From assembly GCA_963662285.2 (NCBI GenBank), contig CAXXMV010000001.1:64001-128000 (forward strand): DNA of 64,000 nucleotides. Reading direction: 5' to 3'. Below, in pieces: positions 1 through 9,223 of the stretch (its first letter is position 1; every line of letters begins with the position of its first letter). Origin of the DNA: a bacterium. GTDB lineage: Bacteria > Hinthialibacterota > Hinthialibacteria > Hinthialibacterales > Hinthialibacteraceae. Both the position numbers and the translations under genes were made by a program. The notes under the pieces are model-generated. The model worked only from the letters and a program-made list of their open reading frames with translations. It made no database searches and had not been told where the DNA came from.

Positions 1-1963
1 ATTCGTTGTTATTTAAATCGAACTGCTTTAGATATTTGCCTAATAAATCCGTTTCCCAAAGTAAACCATTTTGATCTACCAATCCAAAACCATTATCTGT
101 ATTCAAATTTTTAATTTTACTCCAGGATTGTCCGTCAAAATGCCCTAGGAGCCACTCCCTTACTCCTCTTACATAATTGAAAGTGATGCCAACTTTCGCG
201 TCCCCTCTAGGCAACCAGATTTCTTTGATATTCAGTTCAGGATCATAAGGGAATTCTTCCCATTGGGCTTCTTGAAGATTATTTGAAGCATTAGGTATCG
301 TCATTTTTACAAGTTTGTCGTGTTCAAACAACCACGTTGATTCATCCGATCCCTGAGAATTTATATCTCTAACCAAGTACCATCTAGCTAAAGCAGTCGC
401 ATTTCGCACTGTGTGGCATTCTTGAGTGCGTGCATCGAATTTAACAATTCTGTCATTCAGTTGAAGATAGACCTGATCAGTGGCTCCAGGGATAATGCAG
501 AAAGATTGAGTCGTAGGGAGAATTCCATCTAGTTGATAGGATACCCAGCGATCATCCTTATACTGACGTAAATCTTTGAATATAAATACTTGTGGTGTTA
601 CCGCCGCAACATAAGATGCAGCCCAGATTTGACCTGAAGCGCTCTCTACCGGTAATATCTGACCCAGAGGGTTCTCTAGTGAATAGAGTTCTTTTTTAAA
701 TGGAATGGTCGTAACATTGTACCCATCAATACGCGCAAACTCTCCTGTTTTTTTCTCGGTAATAACCACTCCTTTTGCGTTTACATTGATATTTCTTTTA
801 TTGAGAAAGTCCAAACCATCTGATTGTTTCCAGTAGCGCCAGATTGAAGTCGACACGCCCCTCATACCGGTTAACATAAATTTGGCCCGGTCTTCACCGA
901 CAATCGTGAATTGATTAATTTTCCCGCTGACAACAAAATCTTCGTCCGTTTCCTCATTATTAAAGGCTCGGTAAGTCAATAGAGTAGAACCGGATTCGGC
1001 CATCATCGACCATGTTATTGTTGCGCCATGCACGACTCCACCATGACTAACGGTATTGGCGCTCCATGCTTCGGGCAGGATTTCTTCTATGGTGATTTCT
1101 TGCGCATGGGGTGATTCGTTCATTATTTCAAGCGCAACATCAAAGGATTCACCTTTTTTAAAAACACCTCTAGGGAATCTTCGAATCGCCATTATCTCTA
1201 CAGGTTCCAGTTTGACATCCGAAAATCTCGCGCAAGCCAGTAGATCATTATCGGAAACATTGGTTATAGAGATGCCATAAGCCACTTCATCTCCCATATC
1301 TAAACTCATGGTATGATCAAAATTCCATATAAGACCATCATAAGACCATTCGGAACAGAAATAATTCTCCGGGGCGAAACGGGTTACCCGAAAGTAAATA
1401 CCATCACCGGGATCAGAAACAACAACACCGTCTTTCCTGGTATTTATACCATACATTCGGTAACCTGGCTTTTCCCGAATCCCCATCGAACAAGTACCAT
1501 TTTCAAGATTACCAGGCATAGCGCGCACATAGAATCGATAAGACGTAGAATTAGTAAGGCGGCCATTATTTCGAATATTGATGCCTGCATCAGGATGGTT
1601 TGAAGGTGGTTCACTGGGATCTCGTCCCTGATCTATCCAATGGACCTTGGCGGATAGACTCCACGAGCCGGACCGGGTGGTGTAGGCGTAGAATCCCTCA
1701 TCCGTGTCATTCCAGATATCATCGCCGTTGCCATAGAGGTCGTAGACAATGCCCTGCTCGGTCTGTTTCACTTCGACGCGCCCGGGTACTTTATTTTGCT
1801 TACGCATAGGCGGGAACTCCGGCTCGAGTCCCCAATCAGCGGTGGCATTGAAGATGCCAAGATTCGCTGAATCTTGCGCCGAAGAAGGAACCACCAGCAC
1901 GAATGACCAAGCAACCAAGAAACAAAACAGAATCATTAATTGAATAGAGAGACGCCTAACCAT
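1..1963 (-). CDS. Secreted/periplasmic sensor-type protein (signal peptide, ConA/DUF1349-like domain, Ig-like domain, two-component-regulator beta-propeller); 3' end runs off the window
   Basis: Absent from the ORF track because the stop lies outside the window. Hand translation from ATG 1963 gives MVRRLSIQLMILFCFLVAWSFVLVVPSSAQDSANLGIFNATADWG...YDLYGNGDDIWNDTDEGFYAY...IWRYWKQSDGL...IDGYNVTTIP...ESASGQIWA...QYKDDRWVSY. The propeller part aligns by eye with the N-terminus of the 24560..28096 kinase. Confidence 0.8.
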   Translation of the reverse strand, partial: MVRRLSIQLMILFCFLVAWSFVLVVPSSAQDSANLGIFNATADWGLEPEFPPMRKQNKVPGRVEVKQTEQGIVYDLYGNGDDIWNDTDEGFYAYTTRSGSWSLSAKVHWIDQGRDPSEPPSNHPDAGINIRNNGRLTNSTSYRFYVRAMPGNLENGTCSMGIREKPGYRMYGINTRKDGVVVSDPGDGIYFRVTRFAPENYFCSEWSYDGLIWNFDHTMSLDMGDEVAYGISITNVSDNDLLACARFSDVKLEPVEIMAIRRFPRGVFKKGESFDVALEIMNESPHAQEITIEEILPEAWSANTVSHGGVVHGATITWSMMAESGSTLLTYRAFNNEETDEDFVVSGKINQFTIVGEDRAKFMLTGMRGVSTSIWRYWKQSDGLDFLNKRNINVNAKGVVITEKKTGEFARIDGYNVTTIPFKKELYSLENPLGQILPVESASGQIWAASYVAAVTPQVFIFKDLRQYKDDRWVSYQLDGILPTTQSFCIIPGATDQVYLQLNDRIVKFDARTQECHTVRNATALARWYLVRDINSQGSDESTWLFEHDKLVKMTIPNASNNLQEAQWEEFPYDPELNIKEIWLPRGDAKVGITFNYVRGVREWLLGHFDGQSWSKIKNLNTDNGFGLVDQNGLLWETDLLGKYLKQFDLNNNE

Positions 1964-2082
1964 GATTTCACCCACTTAATGGAATAGCAGAATAAATCGA
2001 TAGTATGATTCTCTCAAAAAATTGAAGAAGAGTCTACTTGGAGGAAACAATATAACTAACAGATAGTAGATGGGGTGATGAT

Positions 2083-2691
2083 TTATTCTTCTTGCGTTTT
2101 GCGCTTAGGTTTCTTGGTTTGCTGCAAGAGATAACCGATAAAACAGAGAGGCAGAAAAAGAATGGGAATATCCATAGTATCAGAAAGAATGTAGGCGCCC
2201 AGGCAGGTGGTTAACAGAACAATAAGTTGTTTCTGGAAATATATGAATAAAAGAGATATTAACAATGCCAAGACCGCAGGCCATGCATTACCCAGAGTAT
2301 TATTAAGCGGTTCCAGGATGCCGATCCACGAAAAGAGTTGTTCAACTAAAGCCCGCTGCCGGTCATCAGCGTATAATATATAGAGTGCGCCGGATAATGA
2401 GCCGATAAAGATCAAAACAACATACATGCGTTTTGCCAATAAAACGCCAATAATTCCGGTTACGATGCCCACAAAAAACGCCGTATATGGATGCTGAGGG
2501 AAAAAGCGCAGCCATTCCTGGTTGATGATGCCGACCCAGGCGACTACCAGTTCGTACACGCTGGAACCAAAGACATAACCCAGCGCGAAACCCGTTGCGC
2601 GCAGCCCGTAACGAAACAGAGTCCACCCGAAGGCCAACAATCCTAAACCCAAGGCTAATCTTAAATAAATTTCAGGAGATATATTTAACAA
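2083..2691 (-). CDS. Multi-pass membrane protein (DUF4203/TMEM198-like)
   Basis: 202 aa with about 7 Gly-rich hydrophobic helices (LFRYGLRATGFALG; LTTCLGAY) and a basic C-terminal tail. Confidence 0.65.
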   Translation of the reverse strand: MLNISPEIYLRLALGLGLLAFGWTLFRYGLRATGFALGYVFGSSVYELVVAWVGIINQEWLRFFPQHPYTAFFVGIVTGIIGVLLAKRMYVVLIFIGSLSGALYILYADDRQRALVEQLFSWIGILEPLNNTLGNAWPAVLALLISLLFIYFQKQLIVLLTTCLGAYILSDTMDIPILFLPLCFIGYLLQQTKKPKRKTQEE

Positions 2692-2716
2692 TTATCAACA
2701 CCTATTTTTTAGTCAC

Positions 2717-4087
2717 TTACGACTGCGCCGCCAGTTCATTAAGAACTTCTCTACATTCGGAATCCGATGGATTCAACGCAGCAGCGGCCTGATAAGATTC
2801 TTTGACGCCTTCGAAATCATGCAACTCCAATCGCGCCCGGCCAAGCAGTTTCAAAGCTTCAAAATGGTCTGGCGCCTGCTCCAGACAACTGATCAGCAAC
2901 TCAACCGCCAATTCATATTCATTTTCAACAATAGCCGCGTATCCTTTCATAAACTGAATGGAAGGATGATCCGCGCTGCAGGATTGCGCCCGTTTGAGAA
3001 ATTCGTCTACTTTATCTTTTTCATTTTTGTCATAAGCCATACGGGCGAGATAAGCGTATGGACGGGGGTCGCGGCGGTTGATTTTGAGCGCTCTAAGAAA
3101 AAAGCGTTGCGCAGCAGCCATGTCGCCGGTCATTTGACAGGCGATGCCCATTTCGATCAAGGCCTCTTCAAAATCCTTATCCATAGCCAGCGCATCATTC
3201 AGGTATTCAATGGCGTTATCGTAGCGCCCCATGCGGTTAGCCGCCAAACCAAGGTTATACAATACCAGGATGTCGGCGGAATGCTCTTTAGCGAAGGTCA
3301 ACAAAGCATCATGCGCACGTTTATATAATCCCTTGCGGACGAAAGCCAATCCCAGCAGCATAGATGCTTCCAGTTCCACGCCAGAGCGTTCCTTCAGGTC
3401 GAGCAGGCGAATAATAACTTCATCATAGCGGCCTTCCGCATACAGCCCGGCAGCTTCGAGCATATCTTCTTTGGCTTCTTCTTCCGGGCTTAAGACCTTG
3501 CCTGTGGAGTTATTCTCCATAGCTCGGATCACGGAATTAAATCCCCGTTTCGCAGTTTCCTGATCAGGGTCTATCTCCAGACATTGTTCGTAATAGCTTT
3601 GCGCTTTGGGAAGTTTATTCTGCCGTCGTAATATATCGCCCGCAAATGCGTAAAATGGCGCATAATCAGGATTGGCTTTGATTCCCGACTCAACGGTAGA
3701 CAGAGCTTTGCGCAATTTTTCATTATGCATGTAATAACGGGCGATTTCCATACGCGCCCGTGGATCCCTGGAATTCATTTTCAATGCTTTGTTAAGCATC
3801 TTGATGCCTTTTTTGTCCTGACCGGCTTTAAGCAGGGTTTTGCCGTAGGTGAAATGGATTTCCAGATCGTTGGGCAGAAGGTTTTGCACCTTATCAAACA
3901 TAGAAAAGGCGTCAGCGAAATGTTCTAATTCGCCATAAACACAAGCAATTTTGAAATATGCATCAGGAAATTCCGGCTGGAGGACGAGAACTTTTTTAAA
4001 GTTATTCAGCGCTTCGCCGTAATGACCGGCATCGAAAAGTTCGACGCCTTTGGAGTAGTATTGAGTATACGCAGTTATATCGGCCAT
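2717..4087 (-). CDS. Tetratricopeptide repeat protein
   Basis: 456 aa made of recurring 34-aa TPR patterns (YYSKGVELFDAGHYGEALNNFKKVLVLQP; LYNLGLAANRMGRYDNAIEYLNDAL). Confidence 0.9.
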   Translation of the reverse strand: MADITAYTQYYSKGVELFDAGHYGEALNNFKKVLVLQPEFPDAYFKIACVYGELEHFADAFSMFDKVQNLLPNDLEIHFTYGKTLLKAGQDKKGIKMLNKALKMNSRDPRARMEIARYYMHNEKLRKALSTVESGIKANPDYAPFYAFAGDILRRQNKLPKAQSYYEQCLEIDPDQETAKRGFNSVIRAMENNSTGKVLSPEEEAKEDMLEAAGLYAEGRYDEVIIRLLDLKERSGVELEASMLLGLAFVRKGLYKRAHDALLTFAKEHSADILVLYNLGLAANRMGRYDNAIEYLNDALAMDKDFEEALIEMGIACQMTGDMAAAQRFFLRALKINRRDPRPYAYLARMAYDKNEKDKVDEFLKRAQSCSADHPSIQFMKGYAAIVENEYELAVELLISCLEQAPDHFEALKLLGRARLELHDFEGVKESYQAAAALNPSDSECREVLNELAAQS

Positions 4088-4142
4088 CGAAATTTTTCGG
4101 TGAGCCTTCTATTCAAGAATTTATCCTAAGAAATAAAAAAAA

Positions 4143-4216
4143 TGGGCGGTACTGGACTCGAACCAGTGGCCTCCAGTTTGTGATACTGGCGCTCTAACCA
4201 GCTGAGCTAATCGCCC
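4143..4216 (-). tRNA. tRNA-Val(CAC)
   Basis: Reverse complement GGGCGATTAGCTCAGCTGGTTAGAGCGCCAGTATCACAAACTGGAGGCCACTGGTTCGAGTCCAGTACCGCCCA folds as a cloverleaf. Anticodon arm is CCAGT-ATCACAA-ACTGG and the T-loop is TTCGAGT. CCA is not encoded. Confidence 0.93.
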
Positions 4217-4236
4217 ATTGATCCTTTTTATTATTA

Positions 4237-6087
4237 CTATTCTCCACGAGATGTCAAGCGGGTTTGCAAGTTCTTTATTATCAGATCATATAGCCCGATA
4301 AACATATCCAGGTCGCTCACTGCGCCATCAAACAATTCATGCAACGAATCATACCACCAATCTCTTAATTCCTCATCGCCTAAATCTGATGGAGGTTCCA
4401 TGCGCCAGGTGCTGTATCTCCTGCGCGCTAAACCAATATCAACGCCAACATCCAAGGCTGAACCCGATAATATTTCTTTCCATCGTGATAGAAACATAGC
4501 AGCGCTCTCTGGAGTAAAACCTGATGATTCAGGGAGTTTTTCATTTTTCCACTGAGCCAGTCGAGCCATACCAATTTTTAGCTGTTCCTGATTTTTTTTC
4601 AAATCCTGACTTAAATTGCTCAGGATTAGTATTATTGTTTTGATAGAACCAACCTGATTTGCAGGACCAATATCATGCAAACGGTTCAAAACCGGTTCCG
4701 CAGCAGTGTACTTACTCAAAGCTTCGCTAAGCGGCATCTGCACCGCGCCTCGTTTTTGGGCGCCGCCTTCAGTAGCGTCAATCACAAGGTTATTTATCTT
4801 AGCAATCTGATTTTCCAGGGTTATTATGGTGTGATGAAAATACGAAAAAGTGAGCACCGGCTCGCCGTAATATCCGGCAACCTGCGTCATGGGCGTATTG
4901 GCCGATTCAATATTACCCTGCAACCTGACCTGTTTGCCATCTTCTGATGGAGTAACCATACTGGCATTGGCCGTGCCCTCTGCATGAGATAGATTTCCCG
5001 GAGAAACAGCCAAATCCATGCCCGCCATGATAATGGGCGAACAACCCATAAATTTCGCCAGCATAAACGCGCAAAAACCCACATTCATCCGGCGGGGAAA
5101 AGCCTGTTTAATATTTAATGGCCGGGCCAGGCGCTGTAATAATTTAATTTGTAAATCATACAGGCAAAGCAACCGGGGATGCGCGGTGTATTGCTCAATA
5201 ATATCAGCGTTAACATCGGGCAAATACGCCAGAATTGATGATCCCAGAGAGTCGATTCCGGCAAAATGTTTATGATTGATTTTCAAAGGATCGCATGCCA
5301 CCACAAAATGAGGTTGGATTCCCTGCCGCAATAATGGCTTCAGGGCGGTATCCGAAGCGATAATCACAACGCCCGGCGCCGCCTTTTTTAATGCGGCGAT
5401 ATTCCCGGTTAATGATGGACCCGCGCCAACCACCACCGCCGGATTATCCGGAAATAGGTCATGAAAAGATTCCAACGGCATGGAACGCGTCATGGATGGA
5501 ATATTTTTAATAATATTGCTCTGAATAATCACGCCGCGTTCTATTTGCACCTGAACATTCTCACGGGCGCAGTGCAGCGCGAAACGCATATCGTTTGACA
5601 TCTCAGCGAACCATTCAGGTTCTTGCTCTGCCAATAATGAATCTTTCCAGGCATGAATGCCCCATGCGCCAATCTCGGTGACGTCATTCAACAGAGCCTT
5701 TTGGACATCACTGGTCATTGATCCGATATACCAACGAACGCGTATATCTTTCAACAATGCCATCCAGGGGCGGCGCCCCATCTGATTGCAGAAATAATCT
5801 ATGTTTGGTTCGATGATATATAAATAATGGATTGAATCATTGTAACGATTATAAAAATCCAACAGCCATTGCCCGTCTCTCATACCAAGCATAATTACAT
5901 AACGGGGATTTAGCGAAGTAAAACCGGGAATATCATCCAAATCTACCGGTTCCATCAGCTGATCTTCACTCTCAGGTAAAGATGAAATCCCGGTACATTC
6001 CACTGGCGTTATTGCTGCAAGAGAAGGATGCAACGCCTCAATAAGCGAGCGATTGCTAGTATATAGTAAGGAAGAATCTTGGTTCAA
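4237..6087 (-). CDS. Motility-associated factor (Maf)/DUF115-type glycosyltransferase (MptE-like domain)
   Basis: Motifs PAVVVGAGPSL, IIASDTALKPLLRQGIQPHFVVACDP, MGCSPIIMAGMDLA and VIDATEGGA are typical of Maf/DUF115 proteins. Confidence 0.82.
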   Translation of the reverse strand: MNQDSSLLYTSNRSLIEALHPSLAAITPVECTGISSLPESEDQLMEPVDLDDIPGFTSLNPRYVIMLGMRDGQWLLDFYNRYNDSIHYLYIIEPNIDYFCNQMGRRPWMALLKDIRVRWYIGSMTSDVQKALLNDVTEIGAWGIHAWKDSLLAEQEPEWFAEMSNDMRFALHCARENVQVQIERGVIIQSNIIKNIPSMTRSMPLESFHDLFPDNPAVVVGAGPSLTGNIAALKKAAPGVVIIASDTALKPLLRQGIQPHFVVACDPLKINHKHFAGIDSLGSSILAYLPDVNADIIEQYTAHPRLLCLYDLQIKLLQRLARPLNIKQAFPRRMNVGFCAFMLAKFMGCSPIIMAGMDLAVSPGNLSHAEGTANASMVTPSEDGKQVRLQGNIESANTPMTQVAGYYGEPVLTFSYFHHTIITLENQIAKINNLVIDATEGGAQKRGAVQMPLSEALSKYTAAEPVLNRLHDIGPANQVGSIKTIILILSNLSQDLKKNQEQLKIGMARLAQWKNEKLPESSGFTPESAAMFLSRWKEILSGSALDVGVDIGLARRRYSTWRMEPPSDLGDEELRDWWYDSLHELFDGAVSDLDMFIGLYDLIIKNLQTRLTSRGE

Positions 6088-6137
6088 ATGTTTATCTCTG
6101 AATTAAGGAATATTAATGCAAATTAAATGACAAATAA

Positions 6138-6180
6138 AACACCCGTCTATATTATGTTCATTGTAATATAGACGGGCGTT
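6138..6180 (-). terminator. Probable intrinsic terminator of the 6217..8730 gene
   Basis: Hairpin CCCGTCTATATT...AATATAGACGGG with a U-rich tail on the minus strand. Confidence 0.6.
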
Positions 6181-6216
6181 AAATGCAAAACAAACATTTC
6201 GGGATGCTAAATATAA

Positions 6217-8730
6217 CTATTCCCAAATCATCCAGTCTTCAACCGCTGTAACTACATCAGGAACCGGGATTCCTTCGCGGCCGGTTGGAATGGCGATTAG
6301 GCGTTGTTCGTAATATCTGAGCGGGTCGCTGGATAAACTATTTTTATAATAACTGCTGCATGCAAAAAGAGTTTTTGAATATTCTCCCCGGCCAAAAGCC
6401 AGGCCGCCCGATGAACCGATGTCATAAGTGAAGATGATTCTTTCGCCCTCAGGGCTTATTCTATATATATAGCCATAATCCTCATCGGTCACGTAAAGAA
6501 AACCGTCACGGTCAAAAGCCATACCCCGCAGCGCATTGGTGGAGAAATCATGATAGAGCGCAGCCGAGCCATCTGCTTGAATGCGGTAAATATTCGATTC
6601 TCCTACAGAGGCATTGCAGACTAATAATTCGCCATCCGGCGAAAAAGCCAGTCCGGTTGGATTGCGGACTGCTGAGGTATATTCCGTCCGCGTACCATCA
6701 GGAGCAATTTGCTCAACGATATCAGAACCTATTTGAGCAACTAGAAGATTGCCCTCCTTATCAAAGGTCATAGCGCTGGGGAAATTGAGATGATCCACAA
6801 AAGTTTCAGTGGCTCCACCGGGGAAAACTTTGACGATGCTATTGTTAACCGCGTTGGAGTAATAAAGCGTTCCTTCCTGGTCTATGGAGAGCGCGTTTGG
6901 CCCCAGCGTTCCGCCTTGGGTTGGAATGCCTTCAACCACAATTTCCATTGATCCGTCGAGTGCGTATTTACTTATCCGCCCCAGCGCCGAATCTGTGAGG
7001 TATAGGTTATTCTCTGTATCAACCGCCAATGCGTTGGGCATTCCTTCCATATCCGCGATGATTTTCGGAGCAGGCGCACTGAGCGGTACTGTTGAATTAT
7101 TAGCCCATGCCGCATCACTTACAGTCAGAAAGATTATTCCACCCGGCGTCGTCTCGACATCCAGTTCAACTGGTTTATCTTTTTCAATAGTAAACAAAAC
7201 CTCATCGCCGCTAAGATCGAAAACCATTGTGGCCGATAAGGGATAGGTGTCATCAGTGATAGCAGGCGTCGGGATTGAGATATGCACCCCAGCGGCGGAT
7301 GATGTAATGTCGATGAGATCGAAATCAATGTACGGCGCCGAGCGGTCGAATGTTGTTCCATGAGCCAATTGGATTACATAAACTCCGGTCAGCCTTTGGG
7401 TCATCTCCTGATCGGGTGAGGCGAATACCTGTATCCGGTATTGACCGGGGGCGGGCAGATCAATTCCACTGAGAATGGAGAAGACCCCGTCAACCGAATC
7501 GTCATTATAGAATACCATATTGCCTTGCATATCCATTATGCGAACCGCCGGATCAAGAAAATGCGCAGTGGGAGTCACCAGCACAGAGTAATCCTGTCCC
7601 TCTTCAGCGGTAAACAGATAACTGTCTTCGTCGCCAATAGGGCCGATTACTCCACCGAAAATAGAGCCATGCTCTAGCGCTATATCCTCTTCTTCATCTT
7701 CACGCATGTTGACCTCGACCTCAGTGTATCCGAGCATATCAGCGCCGACGCCCATGACTAGCAGATAGAGCGTATCATCTTCCACCGGAGTGAATCCCTG
7801 GATGAAAGCGGCTGGGTAGTCCTCCCGCGCTTCACTACTGGCGATAACATTTAATCTACTATCAGTCAAAGCAATAAGCGGGTAGAAATCGTCTATGGCG
7901 TATGCAGCAAAGTCGTAGACCTCATCGGTTTTTAAGGGAATCTGGTAAATACGCATATCACCGAAAATGCTGATCTCTTCATCGGAGATAAAGGGAGGAT
8001 TATAAAGCGGCGCCGAATGCGCCAGCATAGTATATGGACCGGTTGAATTGCTATATGCTCCATATAAAATAATCTGGTAGGTTCCATTCTCTTCCGGAGT
8101 AATCAGCAGAGTTGATCCGGTTCCGAAAAAATCATTATTATCCGCGACTACTTCTCCGGCTGCATTCATAACCTGGATATACGAATCCAAAATGCTTGAT
8201 GGGGTAGAGACCGTCAATAAAACTGGATTCCCCTTACGCACTGAGAGCGAGAAAGTATCCGCGTCATCTGCATTAGTTATGATTCCATCCACGCTTTGAT
8301 TTACGCTTAGAGGCCTATCATTCGCTTCATCTCCATCAAATTGACGAACGATAAAAGAGAAATCCATATCAACCTCTAAGAGTTTGTGAATTTTAATTGT
8401 GTACAGCCCTGATACAGGAACCTGAGTGAATATATACGCCCCGGCGAAATAGGGAAAATTCACAAATTCGTTGGATGCGATAATCTCGTCATTAATGTCC
8501 AATAAATCTAATCTAATGGGGTAATCACGTTCATCCACGTTTAAGGTTATTTCCAGCCATTTGCCGGATTGGGCTTCAACCGTATAAATCATTCTTGCTT
8601 GACTTGCCAGCATTGTTCCCTGATATTCCTGATCAAAGCTGACATAAGTTTGCGATAGAGCGCTTTGACTTAGAAATACAACCACTAACGTCATAAGCAG
8701 CCCATTGATTCGTTGCGTAGGTATATTCAT
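6217..8730 (-). CDS. Secreted protein with PPC (pre-peptidase C-terminal)-like repeats, an NHL/SMP-30-type beta-propeller and a C-terminal 'TAVEDWMIWE' tail
   Basis: Signal peptide; PPC-like repeats (DADTFSL..LDSYIQV..VADNNDF; DEDSYLF..LDPAVRI..YNDD); NHL-like repeats (PNALAVD, PSAMTFD, PTGLAFSPDG, RGMAFDRDG). Confidence 0.8.
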   Translation of the reverse strand: MNIPTQRINGLLMTLVVVFLSQSALSQTYVSFDQEYQGTMLASQARMIYTVEAQSGKWLEITLNVDERDYPIRLDLLDINDEIIASNEFVNFPYFAGAYIFTQVPVSGLYTIKIHKLLEVDMDFSFIVRQFDGDEANDRPLSVNQSVDGIITNADDADTFSLSVRKGNPVLLTVSTPSSILDSYIQVMNAAGEVVADNNDFFGTGSTLLITPEENGTYQIILYGAYSNSTGPYTMLAHSAPLYNPPFISDEEISIFGDMRIYQIPLKTDEVYDFAAYAIDDFYPLIALTDSRLNVIASSEAREDYPAAFIQGFTPVEDDTLYLLVMGVGADMLGYTEVEVNMREDEEEDIALEHGSIFGGVIGPIGDEDSYLFTAEEGQDYSVLVTPTAHFLDPAVRIMDMQGNMVFYNDDSVDGVFSILSGIDLPAPGQYRIQVFASPDQEMTQRLTGVYVIQLAHGTTFDRSAPYIDFDLIDITSSAAGVHISIPTPAITDDTYPLSATMVFDLSGDEVLFTIEKDKPVELDVETTPGGIIFLTVSDAAWANNSTVPLSAPAPKIIADMEGMPNALAVDTENNLYLTDSALGRISKYALDGSMEIVVEGIPTQGGTLGPNALSIDQEGTLYYSNAVNNSIVKVFPGGATETFVDHLNFPSAMTFDKEGNLLVAQIGSDIVEQIAPDGTRTEYTSAVRNPTGLAFSPDGELLVCNASVGESNIYRIQADGSAALYHDFSTNALRGMAFDRDGFLYVTDEDYGYIYRISPEGERIIFTYDIGSSGGLAFGRGEYSKTLFACSSYYKNSLSSDPLRYYEQRLIAIPTGREGIPVPDVVTAVEDWMIWE

Positions 8731-9130
8731 TTTCTGCTAAACCTTTTTATATAATCCAAGACCAATCAATTTTTTAGAACGCTACTAAATCAATACTTTA
8801 AACCAAAACAGGGGATTGTGTAATACATTTTTGTAAAGTTTTGTCTGTAGTTAAAAAAATATTGACAATGTCGTATCTTCATGAGAGACAGGTCTGGGCT
8901 AAATCCCGATGTTGGTTACTAATGTACACGAGTGAAACACCCTCCGAATTTGTTACCCGCTCGGTTCTTTGCCATATCATCAAAACGAATTTATTCGGTT
9001 TCGGGAATGATTGGATAACGCAATTAATTCTGAAGAAACAAAAAAACGCTGACAATCCTGCAATTCTTGGTAAGACAGGTTAAAATGAACTTATGACTGT
9101 CGAGATATAATTCATGTTCATATAATTCCA

Positions 9131-9168
9131 ATCAAAAAAATCCCCCTGAAATGGGGGATTTTTTTGAT
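9131..9168. terminator. Bidirectional intrinsic terminator
   Basis: Perfect inverted repeat ATCAAAAAAATCCCCC-tgaaat-GGGGGATTTTTTTGAT downstream of 9224..10303. Confidence 0.8.
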
Positions 9169-9223
9169 GAAATATTTTTAATACAGTATATAGTTCAATA
9201 TTTCAAATTACCCAATTAACAAA

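Noticed and set aside
1056-1943. Four short plus-strand ORFs in the track
   Set aside because: They are antisense shadows of the long minus-strand gene starting at 1963.
4090-4240. tRNA as the integration site of a prophage or island
   Set aside because: No integrase is present, and I noticed no duplicated tRNA 3' end in the window.
8880-9120. CsrB/RsmZ-like sRNA suggested by the nearby csrA
   Set aside because: The region has no enrichment of GGA hairpin motifs, and FliW-type CsrA systems are usually protein-regulated.
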